Positions 18,996 through 28,184 of a DNA stretch of 64,000 nt are shown here, piece after piece. Within the stretch, counting starts at the first letter, position 1. Each line of letters starts with the position of its first letter. Source of the DNA: a virus; IMG/VR virus record IMGVR_UViG_3300046512_000168, positions 18,194 through 82,193 of that record. One strand, 5' to 3'. Made by a program: the position numbers and the translations under genes. The notes under the pieces are model-generated. The model was not told the DNA's origin and did not search any database. It was given only the letters and a program-made list of their open reading frames with translations.

Positions 18996-19372
18996 TGGTT
19001 TCCGATAAGATGTATCGACGCATGTGCATGAGCGGATGGCAGGCCCAGCAGGAACGGCGGAAGATGAACGCGAAGAATTCCTTGGCCGCGCTCGATCGGC
19101 GCACCAAGCTCATGCTGGAGATCGAGCATACGCTCGCCGGCCGGTCCTGGATGCTGCCGGAACCGCTCAAATTTGCCCTGCACCCAGGCAAGAAGGCCGT
19201 CATTCTTCTGTCTGGAAAGCTGACGCCTATCCTGCGGGAATTTGTGGACAATGGGAAAATCTTCGTAGAGGAGGAATTTTTTCCTAGACAGCGAATTCAT
19301 AATATCCTACTTCTGCTCCCACAGCAGATAACTGAGGAGCCCAAAAGGCCGCCTCGGGCAGTCGATCTTTGA
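18995..19372 (+). CDS. hypothetical protein, C-terminal PRAVDL tag
   Basis: TGATG coupling. Confidence 0.65.
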   Translation: MVSDKMYRRMCMSGWQAQQERRKMNAKNSLAALDRRTKLMLEIEHTLAGRSWMLPEPLKFALHPGKKAVILLSGKLTPILREFVDNGKIFVEEEFFPRQRIHNILLLLPQQITEEPKRPPRAVDL

Positions 19373-19390
19373 CTTTGCAACTGGGTGCAA

Positions 19391-19481
19391 AATGAGCTAA
19401 CTTGCGGCCACAGTTTTAGCGGTGCTCTGTGCTGCGGGTGATAAGCCCGCTCCGTCCAGAACCGCAGGGGTAAACAAGTAT
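19391..19481 (-). ncRNA. candidate structured small RNA
   Basis: Minus-strand TTGACG-N17-CTACTC promoter-like site (-35 at 19510-19515) upstream of a closed multi-hairpin sequence with no credible ORF. Confidence 0.3.
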
Positions 19482-19524
19482 TGAGCGAGTAGTGGCGGGC
19501 CGTGATCCGCGTCAATCCCAATAT

Positions 19525-19539
19525 TTAACCATTGCTTAA
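19525..19539. promoter_or_regulatory. CtrA-binding site (TTAA-N7-TTAA)
   Basis: TTAACCATTGCTTAA, also contains the TTAACCAT half-site; intergenic. Confidence 0.6.
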
Positions 19540-19726
19540 TTCAACCGGGAAGAGCAATAGAGGGGGTAAAATGGTAGGGTTTCCAGTCAATGCAGTCATT
19601 TCCGTGCTCGTAGAGCAACGGTCAGGTAAGAATTAACCTCACGATAGGTTGTGGCTTGCTGCACGGCCGGCCTTTCTGCTAACCAAATACTACAAGTCGA
19701 GTAGCTGGCTTGGAAATGGACCTGAC

Positions 19727-20221
19727 ATGACGTTGCCTGCCGAAAATAAGCCTTCAATTCGTGTGAAGCGCACAGAGACCGCAAAGCGCTTCAGCCTTCC
19801 GTCTTACGCGACCGATGGCGCTGCTGGCTTTGATCTTATCGCCGACATTCCTGAAGACAGAACACTGCAGCCGGGAGAGCATGCCATCATCTCAACCGGC
19901 CTGTCCGTAGAGCTTCCATCGAACATGGAACTGCAGGTCCGCCCACGTTCTGGCCTAGCCGCCAAGAACGGCGTCACCGTACTCAATGCCCCCGGCACGA
20001 TCGACGCCGACTTCCGGGGTATCATAGGCGTTATCCTGATCAACCTTGGTCAGGAGCCGTACACGGTCCAGCCGGGGGCGCGTATCGCGCAGGCTGTCAT
20101 CGCGCCGGTTATCCAGGTCGCACTGGAGGAGGTAGCAGCACTTTCCGAAACCACCAGGGGGGAGGGCGGCTATGGAAGCACTGGGGTCACTTCTATCGAG
20201 GCCAAGAAATACCGTGGATGA
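19727..20221 (+). CDS. dut: dUTPase (trimeric)
   Basis: Motifs AAGFDL, RPRSGLA, GTIDADFRG, RIAQ, RGEGGYGSTG. Confidence 0.95.
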   Translation: MTLPAENKPSIRVKRTETAKRFSLPSYATDGAAGFDLIADIPEDRTLQPGEHAIISTGLSVELPSNMELQVRPRSGLAAKNGVTVLNAPGTIDADFRGIIGVILINLGQEPYTVQPGARIAQAVIAPVIQVALEEVAALSETTRGEGGYGSTGVTSIEAKKYRG

Positions 20222-20492
20222 TATTTACAATGCCGCATACATGCTGCTGCCTTGGGCGGTAGCTCTCTACTTCTACCTGGAAGCCGGAAGATGTCGATGG
20301 CAGGTCATGTTCCTGACTCTTCCGGAGCGTTCGCGAGAACCGCTGGCCATCCTCGTCAAGAACAATCAGGTACCGCGTGCGCTGATCCTGTTCTGGATCG
20401 TCTTCTGGGCACCGCTCGCCGTCGTCTTCTGGGTGCTGGCCCGTTACCGCGAATTTACCGCCAGCCGGCCGAGCACACTCGACCTGAAGTGA
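20214..20492 (+). CDS. membrane protein
   Basis: Two hydrophobic segments. Confidence 0.6.
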   Translation: MDDIYNAAYMLLPWAVALYFYLEAGRCRWQVMFLTLPERSREPLAILVKNNQVPRALILFWIVFWAPLAVVFWVLARYREFTASRPSTLDLK

Positions 20493-20511
20493 AAGACAGC
20501 ATGTCGAACAT

Positions 20512-20533
20512 AGGGGGCACTTGCCCCCTTTTT
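20512..20533 (+). terminator. Rho-independent terminator
   Basis: AGGGGGCA-CT-TGCCCCCT followed by TTTT. Confidence 0.7.
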
Positions 20534-20536
20534 CAT

Positions 20537-20565
20537 TTGACAAACACTTAGATATGTAGGATAAA
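20537..20565 (+). promoter_or_regulatory. Early promoter P9
   Basis: TTGACA-N17-GATAAA; box A downstream at 20575. Confidence 0.85.
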
Positions 20566-20613
20566 GAAACTAGATTGCAACGCGTTGCAGCAGCACCTAA
20601 CGGAGCAGAACAT

Positions 20614-21393
20614 ATGCAGGTTACAGACAAGCAGCTTGAGACGATAATCCGCGCCATCGTCCGGCAGAACAAGGAGATGGACCAGGATGCCTTCTGGACC
20701 CTTCTCGCCAGTGCACTCAAGCAGAACTTCTCCATCCAGCAGCGCGGCGAGGACATAGACAATTATGTCGTTCCGCAATGGCTTGGCGATCTAGCCTACC
20801 AGCAGCAGTCCGTCGTCCTGCTCGCCCTGCGCGGCCCTGACGGCATCCGCAAGCACCATCCAGCCAAGACCGTGCATATCGCCTATCGTGCCACCATCCT
20901 GCGCGCGGCCGAGCGCCAGCGCTTCCTCGAATGGGGCGAAGAGGCAGACAGCTTCATGTCGATGCATGTGATTGCCGACGACACTCTCTGGGAGGCCGCA
21001 GTCAAGGCCTTCTTCGACCACGTCGACGAGCTGCCGCACCACTACGTCTCGCACCTGGCGCACGCCGCGCAGATCATCGGCTACAAGCATCCTGACGATC
21101 GCATGCGCCGCGCGTGGGGCTATTTCTACTACCGTTGGGTGGACGACGCGCACCTGGAGCCGGAACCTGAAACCGTCATGGACCGCCGTCTCGGCGACTG
21201 GGGAACGGCTCAGGCCCGCCTCGGTCTGCGCGGTATTCCGTTCGCTGTCGATTTCGGTATTGAGGCAACCGGCCTACCCGAGAAATGTGGCTGCAGCTCC
21301 TGCCGCGACGAGCAGATCGAGTGCATTGCGGTTAGCGACCCCGCTTACCCGACCGAATTCGCAAGCCAGGCTGACGGGGTAGCAGGCGAATGA
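20614..21393 (+). CDS. hypothetical protein
   Basis: GGAG RBS; LALRGPDG...ELPHHYVSHLAHAAQIIGYKHPD. Confidence 0.75.
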   Translation: MQVTDKQLETIIRAIVRQNKEMDQDAFWTLLASALKQNFSIQQRGEDIDNYVVPQWLGDLAYQQQSVVLLALRGPDGIRKHHPAKTVHIAYRATILRAAERQRFLEWGEEADSFMSMHVIADDTLWEAAVKAFFDHVDELPHHYVSHLAHAAQIIGYKHPDDRMRRAWGYFYYRWVDDAHLEPEPETVMDRRLGDWGTAQARLGLRGIPFAVDFGIEATGLPEKCGCSSCRDEQIECIAVSDPAYPTEFASQADGVAGE

Positions 21394-21971
21394 TCCGCAC
21401 CGCGATCATCGACGACGTATGCCGCTGGGAGCTTCGCCGCATCTGGAACGACGTCCCCGAGCCCCGTCTGCTCGTCTGGCTGATGCTCAATCCGTCGACT
21501 GCTGACGCGGAGAAGGACGATCCGACCCTGCTGCGCATCATCAAATGGGGCAAGGCGTGGGGCTACGATGGCGTGATCGTCGTCAATCTCTATCCGTTCC
21601 GCTCGCCGTCGCCGCTCGATCTCGCCGCGTGGCACAAGGCCGGCGGCCTCACCGTCGAGGTGTTCCAGCGCAACATGGAGATCACGCTCGCCGCTATGGC
21701 AGAGTGCGACTGGATGGTCATGGCCGGCTGGGGCGGTTCTCTGCCGAAGCCGGAAGGAGTCCTTCCGTATATCCGCATGCTGAATACGATCGGCCTGACA
21801 AAGCACGGAGCCTGGCCTGTCTGGCGCTGCCTCGGCGTCTCGCAGGGCGGCATGCCGATCCACCCCATGGCGCGAGGCAAAAACCGCATCCCCGACGATG
21901 CGACGCCGATGGTCTACGATTTCGTCAAGCATCTCGACCCTAGCTATAAGGAGCACGCAAATGCCGTTTAA
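21390..21971 (+). CDS. DUF1643 family protein
   Basis: MLNPSTADAEKDDPTL...VVNLYPFRS...GWG...PIHP. Confidence 0.85.
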   Translation: MIRTAIIDDVCRWELRRIWNDVPEPRLLVWLMLNPSTADAEKDDPTLLRIIKWGKAWGYDGVIVVNLYPFRSPSPLDLAAWHKAGGLTVEVFQRNMEITLAAMAECDWMVMAGWGGSLPKPEGVLPYIRMLNTIGLTKHGAWPVWRCLGVSQGGMPIHPMARGKNRIPDDATPMVYDFVKHLDPSYKEHANAV

Positions 21972-22419
21972 CATGCTCATGCCCCAGCCGAAGAAGACGG
22001 CTGCAGTTTCGCTCAGCAGCGGCTGCGGCCGAGGCAAGAACGATGCCTACCGGCTGACGGTATCCATCCCGACGACGATCTACACGCTCGCCTTCAATGA
22101 CGCGGACAAGGTCAATATCTCGCTCGGTACGGGCACCGACGAAGGCAAGCTCCTGATCGTGCCGAGCGAAGCCGGTCACTTCGAGACGAAGCACCTGATG
22201 CACACCGTCCTGATCAAGCTGCCGGCCAACCCGGACATCACTCCGGATTTCGACATGAAGGACGACAATGTCGAGCGGCGCGAATGGCCGGAAGGAGGCC
22301 TGGTCCTCACCCTGCCGACCTGGGCCAACAAGACGACCTACGAGGGCATCAAGAAAGCCCGCGCCGAAGCCGCTAAGCCTCTGGAGCAGAAGCGCGTCGT
22401 CCCTATGAGCCTGAGATAG
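21961..22419 (+). CDS. hypothetical protein
   Basis: AAGGAG RBS. Confidence 0.7.
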   Translation: MPFNMLMPQPKKTAAVSLSSGCGRGKNDAYRLTVSIPTTIYTLAFNDADKVNISLGTGTDEGKLLIVPSEAGHFETKHLMHTVLIKLPANPDITPDFDMKDDNVERREWPEGGLVLTLPTWANKTTYEGIKKARAEAAKPLEQKRVVPMSLR

Positions 22420-22429
22420 GAGAACACCT

Positions 22430-22732
22430 GTGGGCTATATGAAACCGATCGAAGGCGAAAGCGCCATGCTCGTAGAGAAGGGCGTCTATAAGCCGGCCGA
22501 TCTCTACGAGATGGACGATTACCTGTTCGCGAAAGTCGGGTCCGGCTTCGTCCGCCTCGACGCCAATGGCGGCACCTCGAAGCCGTCCGCCAAGCTGCAC
22601 AAGCTGATGTACGAAGGCCCGCTGTACAAGGATCAGCTCGGCCGGCTGTGCGTCTCGCCAGGTGCAAAGCGGGCAGCCTTGGAAAGCAACGTTCAACAGA
22701 AACTGCTCGGCGTCGCCGAGACAACGGAGTAA
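22430..22732 (+). CDS. hypothetical protein
   Basis: AGGAG RBS. Confidence 0.7.
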   Translation: MGYMKPIEGESAMLVEKGVYKPADLYEMDDYLFAKVGSGFVRLDANGGTSKPSAKLHKLMYEGPLYKDQLGRLCVSPGAKRAALESNVQQKLLGVAETTE

Positions 22733-22738
22733 GGGCAT

Positions 22739-23101
22739 ATGAACGACAGACTTGCACAGCGCGCCCGCGAGGACGAACGTCGTAGTAACGATCTTCAGCG
22801 CGAAGTCGAAAATATCTACGCGGACGAAAGCCTCACGCAGGAGGCCAAGCAGCGCGAAGAGCGCAACGCAAAAGACCGGTTCAACAGAGGGTCAGCCCGC
22901 ATCGCTGCACAACGGTCGTTCGAAGACACAGATGACGAGGGGCGTGCAAAGCTCCTTACGGCAGCGGTCGACGACCTGAACCGGCTGATCGGCTGGGCGC
23001 ACGAAGACCGAATGCGCGTCGAGCTGACAGTCAAGGTTGAGCCGCACAGCTTCCGTCAGCCGAAGCCGGAGCTACGCCACTCGCTGCTGCGGGTCCTCTG
23101 A
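22739..23101 (+). CDS. hypothetical protein
   Basis: ORF track, tight packing. Confidence 0.7.
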   Translation: MNDRLAQRAREDERRSNDLQREVENIYADESLTQEAKQREERNAKDRFNRGSARIAAQRSFEDTDDEGRAKLLTAAVDDLNRLIGWAHEDRMRVELTVKVEPHSFRQPKPELRHSLLRVL

Positions 23102-23346
23102 TGAAGAGCAACCTCGCAGATGTCATGGTCGTAAAGCATCACGAGACGCCGGCCGCTGTCCTGGTCTCCAGTGACGGGCACCGCGACAAGGCGGTATGGC
23201 TGCCGAAAGGCGCTGTCGAGGAGGCAGATACCGGACGCTCGCAAATGGAGACGATCGACCCGCCGTCGCGCTTCAGTCCCAAGCGCTGCCCCATCGTCGA
23301 GATAACCGCGCCGCAGCGCCTCCTCGAAGACAAGGGCCTGGTATGA
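23101..23346 (+). CDS. hypothetical protein
   Basis: HETPAAVLVS...AVWLPK. Confidence 0.7.
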   Translation: MKSNLADVMVVKHHETPAAVLVSSDGHRDKAVWLPKGAVEEADTGRSQMETIDPPSRFSPKRCPIVEITAPQRLLEDKGLV

Positions 23347-23525
23347 TCGGCCTCCTCCAGATCGTGGCTGTCGTGGCGCTCACCACGGCGGCCAGCCTCG
23401 CAGTCGCCTTCGGCGTCGGGCTGCTTCACACCGCCATTCTCCTGTCATTCTAATTGCAACGCGTTGCAGAAAATCCGTCTTTCCTGTACTAGTTCCCTAC
23501 ACTTATAGGCTACAGGAGACGGTAA

Positions 23526-26500
23526 ATGGCAAAGCGCCCAACTGACCTCGGCATCCGCACACCGGGCGGTCTGAATATCCGCACCACGCTCGGGCGCAAT
23601 AACGTCCAGCCGCGCACCGCAAGCGGCGGGGGAGGCGGCAGTCCTCCTGGCGGCCCGCTGCAAACGCTCACGCTCGACAACGTCAATTTCTCCCAGTCTG
23701 CTATCCCTGGTACGCCCGTCGGCACCATTTCTGGCAAGACCTCTGGCACCAAGCTGGAACTTACCGGCACGGGCGGAAAGCTGATGCTGAATAGCAGCCG
23801 CAATCAGGTCGTTGTCGGCCTGCTGGCATCCAAGGCTGAAACGATCGCAGGCACGCTAACGGAATACAATGAAACAACTGGCGAGACCAAATCTACCAAC
23901 GTCTCGTTCACGTGTGGCGGTCTTTCGGCTCTCACCCTCGGGCAGGCATCGCAGGTACCGGTTGCCGTCTGGTCAGTGGAGCGCCCGCCCGGCATTACCA
24001 GCGGCGTGACCAATGCCTTCATCATCCGCAACAGCGCCAACGCCCAAAGCACGCTCGTCTACGACAACACGACGGGCAAGTTGGTTATCACCGGCTTCCC
24101 CGGAACTGGCGACGGTGTTTCCTTCCATTGCACTCGCGTCTACGACACGTCCGGCGTCGCCCACGACCTGACCACGGCAGTCGGCCCGAAGCTCGTGTTC
24201 GAAGGCAACTACGCGACCCTGGTCAACCTCCCAGGCCTCGTGGCTGCAGGGTCTGGCTTCACTCCGAATGACGTCCTCACCGAGGCAGGTACCAATGGCG
24301 TTTTGCTGGAAGACGGTGTTCGAGCCCAAATCCGCGTACTCACAGTAAGCGGTGGCGGCGGGACTGGCCCTATTGCCACTTACCAGATCGAACGAGCCGG
24401 CAAATACTACTATGGCCCCGGCGGCACCAACGCAGGTAGCATCGCAGTCTCGTTCACGGGCGGCACCGGTACCGGCGCAACCTTCACCGTCCCGCTCACA
24501 CCGGCCGCGACCAACACCTACACCAACGACAAGCTCGCTCTGGAGTTCGTCAACCTCGGCGGCACCAACCTGAAGTCCGCAGGCTTCTTGAATGTGGGCG
24601 GCACGAACAACCTCGCTATCCTCGGCGTCGTTTCTCGCAAGGGTTACTCTGGCGGTGCGGTTAATCCACAGCCACGCCCAGGTGCCCCGACGACATCGGC
24701 AAAATCGGTGTTCATGGGTTACGGCACGCTGCCTACGCAAATCCTGGTGACCAGCTCGGCCATCTCTGCCCAAGGCGTCACGTCGCAGGCTGACCCGACG
24801 GGTTACCCTGCCAACTTCAATCGCGACAGCCTCATGGGTAAGACCATGTGCGCTTACGATCTGCCGGACGACCTGCCGATTGACGAGAGCGCGCCCGATC
24901 CGACCAACGGCTATATCAACTTCTGGATCAATCAGCGTGGCGACAAACTCTCTGCAGGTGGAGACACGCGCAGGCATTATGCTGATCGGGACCATGGTGT
25001 TGCCGAAACGCTCGCTGCCCCCATCACCCTAGGTGCTGCAGGTAACTCCGGTGCGCAGTTCAATGGGCGCTTCAAGGAGGTAATCATCTTCCAGTCGGCC
25101 ACTCCGATGACGAACGATGAGGTCCAGCGTCTCAGTATCGGACAACGTAATCGCTTCGGCCTTACCGCCGATACGATCTGCCGCGACCGCTTCGCGATCC
25201 TATACCTCGGCCAATCCAACGCCGTGTCACACCTGTCGCACACCACATCCGGCGACAACGTGGACGCCACGACGATGTCTGCTCAGCGCCGTATCGCCGC
25301 CAAGATCGTCGAAGGCCTCGGCACCACTGCCGATCGCGTGACTTTTGGCCTGGCTGCACGTTCATGTGTGGGCGGTACCTGGATGTTGAAGCACGGCAAG
25401 GCCGGCGTCGACCCAGATAATCCGACTTCTTGGTGGAACGAGGATATCGACGATTGGGGTCAGCTCGCTCTCGGCCTTGCCATGTCGAGCCCTGATGTCG
25501 CCAAGGTCTCGAACAACCCTGTCCCCGGCTCAGGCTACGCAGTCAACGATCTTGTGTCGCCCCCAGGTGGCACGCTGATCTCAGGCGGCGAGGCTACCCA
25601 GCTTCGCGTGACGGCGATCGACGGCAACGGCGGTATCGTCACAGTCGCCCTGGTCAAGGCAGGCGCATACAGCGTCGCGCCGACGGTACCGTTCACTCCG
25701 GTCGGAGGCTCCGGTACCGGAGCATCTCTGACAGGCACGTATTCGGGCGGACTTGTGCCGTACCTGGATGTAGTCAAGCAGTTCAGGAACCGCCGTCTTA
25801 TTATCATCCACGCACAGGGCGAGGCGGACTCCGCCAACTCGCTCGATGACGCACTGCAGCTTCTGTGGGCGCAGAAGACATATCTGTTCCTCAATAAGGT
25901 TCGCATATACTGCGGACAGCCTGACGCACCTATCATCATTCAGCCTCTGGCGCGCTATGGCGGAAGCCCTGGCAGCGATCGCAGGAACCGCGTCAACAAT
26001 ATGCGTCGTCTGCAGAACAGCTATCTCGGCGCGCAGTATAACGTCTTCATCGCTGCCGATACCGGTGTTGCAGCCCGTGCGGCCGGTGCGGGCGCAAGTG
26101 ACGCTCCGCAGTTCGATGCGCACCTTGGCTCCATGTTCCTGCCGTACGGTTACAACCCGGCAACGGGCGGCCCAGAAGACGGCTACCAGAATGTCGGCTG
26201 GCGCAACGCAAAGGCCGCCCTTCACGCCCTGAAGGTGGTTTACGGCCGCGACCTGACGCTGGCCGACGTCTGGCGTGGACCACGTATCGTTGCTGCGACC
26301 CGCGTCAGCGGTACAGTCTTCGACCTCGAAGTGCAGTTCCCTGTCGGTAGCGGAGGCAACGATCTAAGCTCGTTCTCCGGAACGATGAGCGGCATCCGTG
26401 CATGGAACGGCTCAACGGAGTATTACCCGACAAGCATCGTGACACGGCAGGCGAATGGCAAGTTCTACCTGCGCTGCACGTTCGGTACGGCGCTTCCGGC

Positions 26501-26630
26501 AAACAGCAACATCGCGCACGAGCCGAACTATGCCGGTGGCGAATACGCGGCACCCGTGCGCAACCATATTGTCGACAACAATGCCGAGATCGCCATGCCG
26601 CTTGAAGCGTCCCCGGCGCTGGCGGCATAA
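23526..26630 (+). CDS. large virion-associated protein with SGNH/SASA-type carbohydrate esterase domain (probable tail spike or appendage)
   Basis: LGQSNA, HAQGEADS and DAH catalytic motifs; Gly/Thr-rich beta domains; AGGAG RBS. Confidence 0.7.
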   Translation: MAKRPTDLGIRTPGGLNIRTTLGRNNVQPRTASGGGGGSPPGGPLQTLTLDNVNFSQSAIPGTPVGTISGKTSGTKLELTGTGGKLMLNSSRNQVVVGLLASKAETIAGTLTEYNETTGETKSTNVSFTCGGLSALTLGQASQVPVAVWSVERPPGITSGVTNAFIIRNSANAQSTLVYDNTTGKLVITGFPGTGDGVSFHCTRVYDTSGVAHDLTTAVGPKLVFEGNYATLVNLPGLVAAGSGFTPNDVLTEAGTNGVLLEDGVRAQIRVLTVSGGGGTGPIATYQIERAGKYYYGPGGTNAGSIAVSFTGGTGTGATFTVPLTPAATNTYTNDKLALEFVNLGGTNLKSAGFLNVGGTNNLAILGVVSRKGYSGGAVNPQPRPGAPTTSAKSVFMGYGTLPTQILVTSSAISAQGVTSQADPTGYPANFNRDSLMGKTMCAYDLPDDLPIDESAPDPTNGYINFWINQRGDKLSAGGDTRRHYADRDHGVAETLAAPITLGAAGNSGAQFNGRFKEVIIFQSATPMTNDEVQRLSIGQRNRFGLTADTICRDRFAILYLGQSNAVSHLSHTTSGDNVDATTMSAQRRIAAKIVEGLGTTADRVTFGLAARSCVGGTWMLKHGKAGVDPDNPTSWWNEDIDDWGQLALGLAMSSPDVAKVSNNPVPGSGYAVNDLVSPPGGTLISGGEATQLRVTAIDGNGGIVTVALVKAGAYSVAPTVPFTPVGGSGTGASLTGTYSGGLVPYLDVVKQFRNRRLIIIHAQGEADSANSLDDALQLLWAQKTYLFLNKVRIYCGQPDAPIIIQPLARYGGSPGSDRRNRVNNMRRLQNSYLGAQYNVFIAADTGVAARAAGAGASDAPQFDAHLGSMFLPYGYNPATGGPEDGYQNVGWRNAKAALHALKVVYGRDLTLADVWRGPRIVAATRVSGTVFDLEVQFPVGSGGNDLSSFSGTMSGIRAWNGSTEYYPTSIVTRQANGKFYLRCTFGTALPANSNIAHEPNYAGGEYAAPVRNHIVDNNAEIAMPLEASPALAA

Positions 26631-26641
26631 GGAGATCAATC

Positions 26642-26833
26642 ATGACAGGCCAAGATACTCTCGACGCATTTCGTGGGCGACTACGAGCACTAAAGGAGGC
26701 TGGTGAAGGCCAGCTTTCCGCAGGCATAGCGAAAGCCGAGACGGTCGCTCAGCTCCTGCTCGATCCGGACCTGACACCGGAAATAGCGGAAGTCGCGACC
26801 TACCGCATCATGGAGGAAGAAGGCTTCGCATAA
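26642..26833 (+). CDS. hypothetical protein
   Basis: AAGGAG RBS. Confidence 0.65.
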   Translation: MTGQDTLDAFRGRLRALKEAGEGQLSAGIAKAETVAQLLLDPDLTPEIAEVATYRIMEEEGFA

Positions 26834-26851
26834 TCCGGCGCTCCCAATAAG

Positions 26852-26874
26852 GGCGGGCGCTTCGGCGCCCGCTT
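26852..26874 (+). terminator. Rho-independent terminator
   Basis: GGCGGGCGC-TTCG-GCGCCCGCT-TT. Confidence 0.7.
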
Positions 26875-26954
26875 TACGTTGCAACGCGTTGCAACACCTA
26901 CAGATGTAAGATATAAAACCGTAAATCTTTCACGCCAAGCAGAGGATTAAGCCC

Positions 26955-27281
26955 ATGGCCACCACATTCGTCGGAGTTCACATCGTCTGCGCTTTCGCGG
27001 GCGCAAACCAGAACCAGCTCGATATCCTGCGCAAGCCCATCTGGTCGGACGCCCAGTCCGTCGCCGGCCCAACGCAGAACACGGCACCTGCAGCCAACCC
27101 GAAATACGGCGAGCCGACGATCAAGGTCCGCGCCATCGGGCTTGATGCCTGGGTCACTGTCGGCGCTTCCCCGGATGATCCGACCAGCAACAATTCCGCT
27201 CGCGAATTCGTCGAGGCCGGTACGGAGAAGCTCTTCGCCGTCGACCAGAACGACAAGGTCCGCTGGGCTCCCGCCACGTAA
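26955..27281 (+). CDS. hypothetical (possibly virion) protein
   Basis: GAGGA RBS; beta-rich. Confidence 0.7.
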   Translation: MATTFVGVHIVCAFAGANQNQLDILRKPIWSDAQSVAGPTQNTAPAANPKYGEPTIKVRAIGLDAWVTVGASPDDPTSNNSAREFVEAGTEKLFAVDQNDKVRWAPAT

Positions 27282-27310
27282 TTGAAACCAGTTGCAAATA
27301 GGAGAGCGCC

Positions 27311-27661
27311 ATGCCCACGCTTCGCATCGAGTTTATCAAAGGCAGCGAGCTGCAGTCTGGTGTGCCAGGCATCGCTGACGCACGCGTCCGCAAGGAAAGC
27401 GAAATCGCCATTGGTGCATCCGCAACCGTGGTAGGCTCGCAACCAGACGCTCCGGCCGACTGCAGCCACGCTGTTCTCTTCGCCGTCGGCGGAGCATGTT
27501 ACGTCGACTGGGATGGTCAAAAAGGCCTGACCAGCGGCAACCCGACGCCTGCCGATCCGACCACAGGAAAGCGCATCTACGTACCGGCGGGCGGCATGCG
27601 CACGGTGACCAGTTTCAAGACTGGCGCCAAATTCTCCTGCGTCCAGGCAGCACTGTCCTAA
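27311..27661 (+). CDS. hypothetical (possibly virion) protein
   Basis: GGAG RBS; beta-rich. Confidence 0.7.
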   Translation: MPTLRIEFIKGSELQSGVPGIADARVRKESEIAIGASATVVGSQPDAPADCSHAVLFAVGGACYVDWDGQKGLTSGNPTPADPTTGKRIYVPAGGMRTVTSFKTGAKFSCVQAALS

Positions 27662-27741
27662 GCAAATCTACCTAGATGCTTGAAGCCCGCAGTCTATAAA
27701 TGTAGGTTGCGGGCGTCGTTCATTGTAGAAGGAACCGAGCC

Positions 27742-28125
27742 ATGAAGCTCATCGCTGGACTAGTCCTAACCCTCACTGTCGTCATCACCGCGCTCCTGCT
27801 GGTCGCTGTCGTCTACTGCACGCCTGCCTCTGCCGCAGAAACCAACGCCTCCTGGTACGGCTACGAGACCTGCCAAGCTCACCGCGCCTGCAAGACGGCC
27901 AATGGCGAGCACTTCAAGCCCGCAGGCCTCACAGCCGCACACAAGACGCTACCCTTCGGCACCCGCGTCAGGGTCACCAATCCGCATAATGGCCGATCTG
28001 TCATCGTCCGGGTTAACGACCGAGGCCCATTCGTTCGAGGCAGGGGGCTCGATCTGTCCCGTGGCGCGGCGCAAACGATTGGCATGTTGGGGACGCAGCG
28101 CGTCCACTACACCGTCATAAAATAA
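27742..28125 (+). CDS. rlpA: RlpA-family lytic transglycosylase (DPBB) with signal sequence
   Basis: ASWYG...TANGE...[18 protein letters not shown]...VRVNDRGPF...LDLSRGAA. Confidence 0.9.
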   Translation: MKLIAGLVLTLTVVITALLLVAVVYCTPASAAETNASWYGYETCQAHRACKTANGEHFKPAGLTAAHKTLPFGTRVRVTNPHNGRSVIVRVNDRGPFVRGRGLDLSRGAAQTIGMLGTQRVHYTVIK

Positions 28126-28184
28126 TCACACGTGCTGCGTTGCAACGCGTTGCAAAATACCTTCCGCTCCTATAGCGTCCAAAG

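Noticed and set aside
19400-19475. Canonical tRNA gene
   Set aside because: No D-loop GG stem, no TTC T-loop and no CCA end; kept only as an ncRNA candidate.
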